DNA of 61,187 nt from Pirellulales bacterium (GTDB lineage: Bacteria; Planctomycetota; Planctomycetia; Pirellulales; JAICIG01). The stretch spans positions 1-61,187 of the forward strand of contig JBBDYJ010000006.1 in NCBI GenBank assembly GCA_040901675.1, given 5' to 3'. The position numbers and the translations under genes are program-made. The notes beneath the pieces are model-generated. The model was not told the DNA's origin. It was given only the letters and a program-made list of their open reading frames with translations, and made no database searches. This document shows positions 20,099 through 28,500 of the stretch, piece by piece; position 1 is the stretch's first letter; every line of letters starts with the position of its first letter.

Positions 20099-20112
20099 GG
20101 AATCACCTGGAA

Positions 20113-20209
20113 GTAGAACGGAATTCATTCCGTTTTGCAGCTTTGCGTGAGGCTGAAACGGAATGAATTCCGTTCTACGACGGGGAAAACGGAATAAATT
20201 CCGTTCTAC
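20113..20209. repeat. REP-like family B inverted pair plus a third copy
   Basis: 20113-20135 (+), 20156-20178 (-), 20187-20209 (-). Confidence 0.9.
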
Positions 20210-20210
20210 G

Positions 20211-20219
20211 TGATATACT
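20211..20219 (+). promoter_or_regulatory. Extended -10 promoter element for the FGE gene
   Basis: TG-A-TATACT, 6 nt before the in-frame GTG at 20226. Confidence 0.55.
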
Positions 20220-20225
20220 TGGCGG

Positions 20226-21377
20226 GTGCAAATGAGCCGGCGAAAACGACGTGATCGGACTGCCGAGCCCGCCATCGAGCGGCCGGCCGGGGCGCGCGGT
20301 TTGTGGCCGGGGTTGGTGATCGGATCGTTGCTGGTGCTGGCGGCGTTGAGCCTGGTGCTGGCGAAATGGGCATGGCCGGTCGGCGGTCCGACCAACGCGG
20401 GGGAGGCGCCGCCAGGTAGCTCCGCTCAAGCCGCAAGCGAGCCCAAACGGCCGTCAACGGCCGGGATGGTTTGGATCGCCGGCGGCACTTTCCGGATGGG
20501 GGGCGAGCCGGAATTCGAGGATGCGCAGCCGGTTCACCAGGTCGAGGTGGATGGATTCTGGATGGATCGGACCGAGGTGACCAACGAGCAGTTTGCTCGC
20601 TTCGTCGAGGAGACCGGCTACCTGACGGTGGCCGAGCGGCCGCTCGATCCGGACGACTTTCCCGGTGCGGCCCCAGGAGACCTGGTGCCCGGATCGATCG
20701 TTTTCAGTCCGCCCGATCGAGAGGTTTCACTTGCGCAGCCGCTATCCTGGTGGAAATATGTACCGGGAGCCAACTGGCGGCATCCGCGGGGACCGGCCAG
20801 CGACGTAAAGGACCGGCCGAATTACCCGGTAGTACACGTGTGCTGGGAGGACGCCCATGCCTACGCACAGTGGGCAGGCAAGCGGCTGCCGACCGAGGCC
20901 GAGTGGGAGTTTGCCGCGCGCGGCGGGCTCGACCGCCAACGTTACACCTGGGGAAGCGAAGCGCTCCCAGATGACCAGTGGCAGGCCAACATTTGGCAAG
21001 GCCGCTTTCCACGGCGCAACGATCGCGCCGATGGCTATGAGGAGCTGGCTCCCGTGGCGTCGTTTCCGCCCAACGGCTATGGGCTGCACGATATGGCGGG
21101 GAACGTGTGGGAGTGGTGTGCCGACTGGTACCGGCCCGACTATTACCTCAACAGCCCAAAGCGGAATCCGCGGGGACCGCCGAGCAGCTTCGATCCGCTG
21201 GAACCCGGTATGCCGAAGCGAGTGCAGCGAGGCGGCTCGTTCTTGTGCAGCGACCACTACTGCACCCGCTACCTGCCCGGGGCCCGCGGCAAAGGGGCCG
21301 TCGACAGCGGCGCCTCGCACATCGGCTTCCGCTGCGTGGCGTCGGCCGATGCGGGGCCGCCGCCGAGTTCGAGGTAG
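20226..21377 (+). CDS. Formylglycine-generating enzyme (SUMF1/FGE) family protein
   Basis: TM anchor, EVTNEQF, KRLPTEAEWEFAARGG, NGYGLHDMAGNVWEW, RGGSFLCSDHYC and GFRC. Start is GTG 20226 or ATG 20232. Confidence 0.92.
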   Translation: MQMSRRKRRDRTAEPAIERPAGARGLWPGLVIGSLLVLAALSLVLAKWAWPVGGPTNAGEAPPGSSAQAASEPKRPSTAGMVWIAGGTFRMGGEPEFEDAQPVHQVEVDGFWMDRTEVTNEQFARFVEETGYLTVAERPLDPDDFPGAAPGDLVPGSIVFSPPDREVSLAQPLSWWKYVPGANWRHPRGPASDVKDRPNYPVVHVCWEDAHAYAQWAGKRLPTEAEWEFAARGGLDRQRYTWGSEALPDDQWQANIWQGRFPRRNDRADGYEELAPVASFPPNGYGLHDMAGNVWEWCADWYRPDYYLNSPKRNPRGPPSSFDPLEPGMPKRVQRGGSFLCSDHYCTRYLPGARGKGAVDSGASHIGFRCVASADAGPPPSSR

Positions 21378-21433
21378 CAGGACTCCGGCGATCTCCACCC
21401 CACTCGCGGAGCGAGTGGACGCACTGGATCTAC
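21374..21433. repeat. Two facing GTAG-tagged repeats (family D remnant and family F) filling a convergent intergenic gap
   Basis: GTAGCAGGACTC...CCACTCGCGGAGCGAGTGGAC...CTAC. Confidence 0.75.
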
Positions 21434-23742
21434 GGGTTGGCCGGCTCGACCAGGTAGATCGCTCCGTCGAGATTCAAAAGCACGGCTTCGTCAAAGGCCA
21501 GGTACTGCGAGAGCTTGCGGCCGTGCCGTTCGGCCAGCTCGAAATACTCGTCGCTGAATTGTTCGATCCGCCGGGCCTTCTTCTCCAACTCGTCGGTCAC
21601 GGTGGAATCGACCCAGCGCTTGCCACGCCGGTAGAACGACTTGGCGCCGACCTGGCGGACTGCCTCGTCTGCCGGTACTTCAGCCAGCTCGTCTCGCCCG
21701 GCCCCCTGCCCCTGCCCTGCCGCGCCCCTGGACCTGCCGGGACTGGCCGCGGGAACGCCCCCGAATCCCGCGCCGCCTCTCGCGCCGCCGACCTGCGCGG
21801 CTCGCTGTAAACCGGCCTTGGCTTCACGCTGGGAGAATCCGTCACGGCCGGACGTGACGCTGAGCCTGTCGAGCCGCGTCTCGGCCTGGCGGGCATTGCC
21901 GGCCAGATCGCCGAGCGAGACGTTTTCGTCGGCCAAAAACGAGGTGTACGGCGTCAGGATGCCGTGACGCGTCGACAGATCGACCAGCTCCTTGATCAGC
22001 TCGTCGTTTTTGCCCACCAGGTCCAACTCGTCGATGATCTCGCCGATCCGCCGCTGGGCCCAGAGCTTTTCGATGAAGGCGAAGGTGTCGTCGGTGCTGC
22101 GCTCGACCAGTTGGGCCGGGAAGTCGAACGACTGCTGGCGGCCGCTGGTGCTGCCGGTGACGGTCACCTTGGCGGTGCCGTGCTTCTTGTAGCGGCCTAC
22201 CAGGACCAACTGCTCTCCCTCGAACAGGTCGTGGACTTCCTTGGGATAGAGGCGGTTGACGGCCGCGGCCGATTGGTCGCCGGCTCCCTCGACGTCGAAG
22301 CGGATGGCAACGTCGGTCATGACGGGCGACTCGATGCGGTTGAACAGCATGCTGACGCGCTGCTCGATGTTCTCGTCGGGCCGCACGTATTCGCTCTGCC
22401 CGAAGTTGGCGCGGGCCAGCTTGTCCAAGAGCCGGCTGTTCACGTCGTAGCCCACGCCGAAGGCCACGACCCGGGCTCGCACCTGGTTGGCCGCCTTGGC
22501 GTTGGCCACGATCTTCATCTCGTTGGTCTCTCCGGCCGTGGGCAGGCCGTCGGTCAGAAACAGCACGTAGCTGGGACGGCTGGAGTCGACGAGCTGCCCC
22601 AGCGCGGCGGCCAGCGCGCCGTCGATGTGGGTGCTGCCGCCGGCGTAAAGGCCGTCGACAAAGCCCAAGGCGGCCTGGCGCGTCTGCTCGTCGAACTTTT
22701 GCAGCTCGGGCCGAAAACTCTCGACCGAGCTGTCGTAGGCCACGATGTTGAACAGGTCGCCTTCGCGGAGCTTGTTCAGCACGAATTTCAAGGCCTCCTT
22801 GGCCTGCTCGATCTTCTCGCCGCTCATGCTGCCCGAGCGGTCGACGACGAACACCACGGTTTTTTTGGGCCGCTCGGCGTCGTTTTTCTCGATCTTCGGG
22901 CTGGCGAGCAGCAGGAAATAGCCCTCGTCGTCCGGCTTGGGGCGGTAGCTGAGCACGCGGGTGGTCAGCTTGCCCGCCTCGACATCGTAGAACAGGCGGA
23001 AGTCGGAGATCGGCACCTGGTTCTCGGCGGTCAAGCTGACCGTGGCACGCTTCCCCTCACGCGTGACGGACACCGCGTGCGTGGGGCTGTAGACGTTCTT
23101 GATGTCGTCGCTGCTCTCGATCGTGACCTCGACGTTCAGCTTCTCGACGGGCCGCGAGGTGTAGCGGGCGGTGGAGAGCGGAAACAAGAAATCGGTGAGG
23201 CCGTGCATCTTGCGGCACAACTGCGAGTAGCGCAGCGTCACTTTGCGCTGGGCGCCCGGCGGGACGGGAAAAACGCTGGTCTGGAACATGCCGGTTCCCA
23301 TCCATTCCAGCAGGGCCGGATCCTGGTTCTTGCGGACGATCGACTCGTAGATGCTGCGCGCCTGGTCCTTGGGCAATAGCTTGGCGGGATACTCCTTGCC
23401 ATCGACCAGCAGCGTCAACTGGTCGATCGCTCCATCGTAGGGGAGCGGGAACATGAAGCAGACTTCCATCTGCGTGCTGCCCGTGTTCACGAAGGTCTGC
23501 GACACCTGGACCTTGGCGACCTGGTCAAGCAGCCGGGCCCGGACATCCAGTTCCTTGATCTGATAGCCGGCTGGCGGAGCAGGCCGCCGGTCGGGGTGGG
23601 GCCGGGGGAGGCGGACGCGCTCGCCCGGCTGGACATTGACCAGCAAGCCCTGGGCGTGCGACTGGGAGACCGAGACAGTTGTCCAAAGCAGCCCCGCGAG
23701 TGCCAGAATCGACAGGTATTTGCCGTGCGAAAGTCGGGCCAT
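21430..23742 (-). CDS. Secreted VIT + von Willebrand A domain protein
   Basis: Signal peptide, VIT-like QTFVN..FMFPLP, MIDAS VDRSGSM, LTDG.PT.G and GILTPYTSFL. Confidence 0.9.
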   Translation of the reverse strand: MARLSHGKYLSILALAGLLWTTVSVSQSHAQGLLVNVQPGERVRLPRPHPDRRPAPPAGYQIKELDVRARLLDQVAKVQVSQTFVNTGSTQMEVCFMFPLPYDGAIDQLTLLVDGKEYPAKLLPKDQARSIYESIVRKNQDPALLEWMGTGMFQTSVFPVPPGAQRKVTLRYSQLCRKMHGLTDFLFPLSTARYTSRPVEKLNVEVTIESSDDIKNVYSPTHAVSVTREGKRATVSLTAENQVPISDFRLFYDVEAGKLTTRVLSYRPKPDDEGYFLLLASPKIEKNDAERPKKTVVFVVDRSGSMSGEKIEQAKEALKFVLNKLREGDLFNIVAYDSSVESFRPELQKFDEQTRQAALGFVDGLYAGGSTHIDGALAAALGQLVDSSRPSYVLFLTDGLPTAGETNEMKIVANAKAANQVRARVVAFGVGYDVNSRLLDKLARANFGQSEYVRPDENIEQRVSMLFNRIESPVMTDVAIRFDVEGAGDQSAAAVNRLYPKEVHDLFEGEQLVLVGRYKKHGTAKVTVTGSTSGRQQSFDFPAQLVERSTDDTFAFIEKLWAQRRIGEIIDELDLVGKNDELIKELVDLSTRHGILTPYTSFLADENVSLGDLAGNARQAETRLDRLSVTSGRDGFSQREAKAGLQRAAQVGGARGGAGFGGVPAASPGRSRGAAGQGQGAGRDELAEVPADEAVRQVGAKSFYRRGKRWVDSTVTDELEKKARRIEQFSDEYFELAERHGRKLSQYLAFDEAVLLNLDGAIYLVEPANP

Positions 23743-23835
23743 GGCGATTGCCTCCAAAAGCGGCGGGAAGGGACGTCTTCGTTACTTAGACGCCGGGCGG
23801 CCGGAAAAGTTTCGAAGTTTTTTTGGGGGCCGGGG

Positions 23836-24184
23836 GTAGCAGAAAAGCGCCAGGCCGTTGTGGTAGCAGGACTCGCCAGAGTTCTGGCGAGGCGGGGACG
23901 GACCGAACCCCAGTAGCAGGAAAGCGCCGGAGTTCTGCGGGAAGTTGCGGAACAGCCCGAATTCTGGCGAATCCGGCTACCTCGCTGGCGCGTCGGGTTA
24001 GTGTGGCCCGATCCCTCGCTGGCGCGTCGGGTTAGTGTGCAGGTTCAAGCCGGCAAAGATGGGCAGGCTGCGCGGTTTCGCGGCCGAAAAGAGCTGGCAC
24101 AGGCTGACCTTGCGGGCATCGGCCGTTCCCGCGAGACTGTCGCCCCCCGCGAGCCGGCTGCGGCACACGGAGTGTGCCTGCTAC
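23836..24184. repeat. Mixed repeat cluster: family D (GTAGCAGGACTCGCCAGAGTTCTGGCGA and variants), family G (CCTCGCTGGCGCGTCGGGTTAGTGTG x2), family J (GTAGCAGGCACACTCCGTGTGCCG)
   Basis: D at 23836, 23863-23890, 23913 and 23955-23980 (-); G at 23980-24005 and 24014-24039; J at 24161-24184 (-). Confidence 0.8.
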
Positions 24185-24263
24185 TTTGGGCGAGCGGCTT
24201 GGCCGGGGCACGTCGTCGAAGCGGTCGTTCTTCCGCGCTTGCATTTCTTCGGAATGGGATTCG

Positions 24264-24953
24264 ATGGACCACGCTCGGTCTGACACGCCTCGTCGCACCA
24301 GGATTGCCGCCGGGCCGAGCATGCTGCCGGCGTTGCTGGCCTTGGCGGTTTCCGCCTCGGGATGCGCCATGTTCGAGCCGGTGCCCGAAGCGGTCGTGTT
24401 CGAAAACCCGGTGCTGGTGCCGACCATGAACCACGACTTCATGTGGGACCAACTGGTCGACGTGGTGGACGACTATTTCGAGATCGACCGCGAGCAGCGG
24501 GTGCGCCTGGAAGACGGCATTTTGACGGTAGGGCGGATCGATACGTTTCCGACCGTGGGGGCCACGCTGTTGGAGCCCTTCCGAGGCGACTCGGCCAACC
24601 CTTACGAGCGGCTGGAGAGCACGCTGCAATCGATCCGCCGCCGGGCCGTCGTGCAGGTGATCCCCGAGGAGGCCGGCTTCCGCGTGGACGTGGCCGTCTA
24701 CAAGGAGCTGGAAGACGTGCCGCGGCCGGAGTACGCCACGGCGCCGGCGGCCACGTTGCGGCACGACACGTCGCAGTTGCACACGCGGCAGCCGGTGAGC
24801 GATCAGCCGGTGAACCTGGGCTGGATTCCCCAGGGCCGCGACCTGGCGCTGGAGCAGAAGATCATCCGGCAGTTGCTGGCCCGTTCCGGCGGCCTGCCCC
24901 CGGCCGGCATGCGATTCTCGCGTGCCGAGGGCGTACAGCCCGAACGGCGGTAG
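24264..24953 (+). CDS. Hypothetical lipoprotein
   Basis: Hydrophobic stretch ending in lipobox ASGC; globular remainder; start uncertain (24264 or 24321). Confidence 0.75.
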   Translation: MDHARSDTPRRTRIAAGPSMLPALLALAVSASGCAMFEPVPEAVVFENPVLVPTMNHDFMWDQLVDVVDDYFEIDREQRVRLEDGILTVGRIDTFPTVGATLLEPFRGDSANPYERLESTLQSIRRRAVVQVIPEEAGFRVDVAVYKELEDVPRPEYATAPAATLRHDTSQLHTRQPVSDQPVNLGWIPQGRDLALEQKIIRQLLARSGGLPPAGMRFSRAEGVQPERR

Positions 24954-25074
24954 CCGTTAGGGCGGGCGCCGGATTCGCCAGAATTCGGGCGGTCACGCCG
25001 TTCGCCAGGACTCTGGCGCGTTTCCCGTCGCCGGGGTGGTCTCCGCTCCCCAGAACTCTGGCGAGTCCTGCTAC
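24950..25074. repeat. Family D composite bounded by GTAG...CTAC
   Basis: GTAGCC..CCGGATTCGCCAGAATTCGGGC..TCGCCAGGACTCTGGCG..CCAGAACTCTGGCGAGTCCTGCTAC. Confidence 0.75.
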
Positions 25075-25097
25075 GTCAATGTTTTTCGAGAATTCTC

Positions 25098-25148
25098 TTG
25101 ACAGGCGTCCTGTGTGGCAATACATTGCCATCAGGCAATACATTACCA
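25098..25148 (+). promoter_or_regulatory. Sigma70 promoter with overlapping putative BlaI-family operator
   Basis: TTGACA (25098) - 17 nt - TACATT (25121); palindrome TGGCAATACATTGCCA at 25115-25130, repeated as GGCAATACATTACCA at 25134-25148. Confidence 0.75.
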
Positions 25149-25170
25149 CTGATGGAGCCGGCAAGCAGTC

Positions 25171-25563
25171 ATGAGCAAGAAGCGAACTCCGCCGGGGTTG
25201 GGGCACCGCGAGCGGCAGATCATGGACGCGATTTATCACTTGGGCGAAGCCTCCGTCGGCGACGTGCAGGGACGGCTTGCCGATCCGCCGAGCTACTCCT
25301 CGGTGCGGACGATGATCCGGCTGCTGGAGAGCAAGGGATTGCTGCGGCATCGCCGCGAGGGGACGAAGTACGTCTACCGTCCCACGCAGTCGCACGACAT
25401 GGCCAGCCGGTCCGCCCTGCGGCACCTGATCGATACGTTTTTCCGAGGTTCGGCGCCGGATGCCGTGGCCACGATCCTGGATGTCTCGGCGGATCAGCTT
25501 ACCGAGGGCGACCTGCGGAAGATCGAGAAACTGATTGAACAGGCTCGAAAGGAGGGCCAGTGA
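25171..25563 (+). CDS. BlaI/MecI/CopY family transcriptional repressor
   Basis: RERQIMDAIY, SYSSVRTMIRLLESKG, YVYRP and LIDTFF.GS motifs. Confidence 0.93.
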   Translation: MSKKRTPPGLGHRERQIMDAIYHLGEASVGDVQGRLADPPSYSSVRTMIRLLESKGLLRHRREGTKYVYRPTQSHDMASRSALRHLIDTFFRGSAPDAVATILDVSADQLTEGDLRKIEKLIEQARKEGQ

Positions 25564-25564
25564 C

Positions 25565-28500
25565 ATGGACCCGGCAACCTGGATTCGCGCAGTCTGGATT
25601 CACACAGTGGCCGGCGGCTTCGAGTGGGCCTTGATCGATGTGGCCGTCAAGGCCACGCTGCTCATGGCCCTCGCCATCCTGGCGACATGGCTGTTGCGGC
25701 GAGGGTCGGCGGCCTTGCGGCATCGCGTCTGGTGCTTGACGTTCGGCGCTCTCGTCCTGCTGCCGATCCTGTCATGGGCCCTGCCCGCCTGGCGAATTGC
25801 CATCCTGCCGGCCACACCCGCTCAGCCAGCGGCAGCGCCAGCGGCTGCCGCAATGCCGGAGCCGGCGGCCGCGGCGCAGGCAGCTACAGCGAAGCCCGAG
25901 GTCGCCGCGGTGGAGCCGCAGACGGCCTGGCCGCCAATGCTGGATGGCGATATGCGTGCCGGCGCCGATGCCATGGTCCCGGCCGGGTCGCGCGGCGCGT
26001 CTGCCTTTGAGATTCCGGCAGGCGAGTTGCCGGCGGCCGAAGAGATGCCGGCGTCACGCCAGTGGTGGATAGGTGCAACGGCGCTGTGGCTCGCCGGCGC
26101 GCTCTTGAGCGCGGTCGCGTTTGGCTTGAGCGTCGTCGGGAATGCCTGGCTGCGTGTCAGGGCCAGCCGCGTCACGGATGGCACGTGGATTCGCTTGCGC
26201 GATGAGTTGAGCCAGCGATTGGGACTGCGCCGGCCCGTGGAGCTGCTCGAAACGGACCTGCCTTTGGTGCCGATGACGTGGGGGATTGTCCGGTCGATCG
26301 TGCTGGTGCCATTGGAAGCACGAGGCTGGGCCGATTGTCTGAAGCGGACCGTGCTGCTGCACGAGCTGGCGCATGTCAAGCGATTTGACGTGGGCTTTCA
26401 GATGCTGGCCCGCCTGGCCTGCGCCATCTACTGGTTTCATCCTTTGGCCTGGTACGGCCTGCGCCGGCTGCGGATCGAGCGCGAGTTGGCCTGCGACGAT
26501 TGCGTGCTCTCGGCCGGCGAACGCCCCTCCGACTACGCCAGCGGTTTGCTCGATATCGCCCGCCGCTTGCGGCCCGTCGGCCTGGGCGCCGCCGTGGCGA
26601 TGGCCCAGACCAACAACCTCGAAGGCCGCGTGCGCGCGCTGTTCGACCGGGCCCGCTCGCATCTGCCGTTGGGCCCGCGGTCCGCCCGTTTGCTGCTTGC
26701 ATCTTCCGCCCTGATCGTCGCCGCCCTAGCCGTCGTCAAGCCCGCCACCCGCGCCGCCGATCCTAGCAAGCCGGATTCAAACACGGCGTCCAGCGATGCG
26801 CCCGCTGCTGACAACCCGCCCACGGATGACCAGCGCATCCGCGGACGAGTCGTCGGTCCTGATGGCAAACCGCTGCCGGAAGCTCGCGTACTTGTCATCC
26901 GCTCCTATACGGAGAGCGCAACGTGGACCTTCACGAGCGAGAGCGTAGCTGCGGTGGAGTGCGACGCGGATGGCAACTTCGTGGCTGAGGTAGCCGGCCG
27001 GCCCGACCGGTTTGCGAGCCTCGACAACTTTCTCAATGTGGGCACCATGCTGGTCGCAGTGGCCGAGGGATTCGGCGCGGATTGGTACGCCGTGCAAGGC
27101 GAAGACAGGGACGTTGTTCTCAAGCTCGAGCGAGACACAGTGCCGATCGAGGGGCGCGTGCTGGATCTCGAGGGTCGCCCGATCGCGGGCGTCAACGTCT
27201 CCGTTCGTAGCATCCGCACGGCCAGCTCTGACCTGGACGACTGGATTGCCAGGGCGCGCAAGAACCCGACGTCGATCGACCGGGAGGCAGAGATGACGGG
27301 CGATGATCAACCGGAAGTCGAACGCTTTCCCGCTGATAACCAAGTCAAGCTGAGCGGCAATGAACCGTCGTTTCGAACCGTGACCGACAAGAAAGGATCG
27401 TTCAAGCTGAAGGGACTTGGCCCCGATCGGTTGGTCAAGCTCGAACTGGACGGGTCTGGAATAGCAAAGACATGGTTGCACGTCATGACCCGTCGATTCG
27501 AAGGCGTGCCGCTTCCCGATCGCGATCCCCGCTTTCGCATCCAGACCTGTTTTGGCGCGCGGTTCGAAATGACGGCCGAACCGGCCCAGCCAGTCCAGGG
27601 GGTGGTACGAGATGCCGACACGGGCGATCCATTGGCTGGCGTTGAAGTGCGATTGTACCAATATGCAGAATCGCTTCTTCGCGTGGAGGGGTTCGTGTCG
27701 GCAGGGACGGACGCGCAAGGACGATACGTGCTGGCCGGCGTCCCTAAGCCGAATCACCCCGAGCGCAAGAATAAGTTGAGAGTTGTCCCCGGCGTGGAAG
27801 AGCCCTACTTTCGGACCGAGCTCGAAGCGCCCAAGGTGGATCGACTAGATCCGGTCAGATGCGATGTGGCGCTCAAGCGGGGCATCTGGATCGATGGGCG
27901 CGCGATTGACGGAGGGACCGGAGCGGGTGTACCCGGAGTGGTGAGCTACTATCCGTTTCTCGACAATCCTGCGGCCCATGACTATGCCAACTTCAATCCC
28001 GGAATGCTGAGTGTTGGCTCCAATGATCGCTATCCGACCGATGCGGACGGGAACTTCCGGATTCCGGGCCTGCCCGGCAGAGGCATCGTGGCCCTGATCG
28101 CCAAAGACGCCGCTCGCTATCCAATTGGTCAGGGAGCGGCCGACATCGCCGATCTTCAGAAGGCCGGCGCCAATGGTCTCAACGTCTATCACCTCGCCGA
28201 TGGGGGTCTGGCAACCGCGATCCGCGAGATCGACGTGCCCGAAGATGCCGATGAATTCTTCTGCCAGATCGACGTGCCCCCGCTCGATAAGCAGCCGCTT
28301 TTGTTCCTCGATCCGGACGGACTGCCGCTGGCCGGCGTGACCGCGCGCGGCCTGTCGCCAAAGCGCACCTTCGGAGCCCCCACGCCACCAGACGGTGCGC
28401 TTCCCACGGCTTCGGCCGAACTGGTCGGGATCGGCGAAAGCAAACACCGCATGATACGGCTGACGCACGAGGCGCGCAAGCTCGGTGCCATGGTGGAAGT

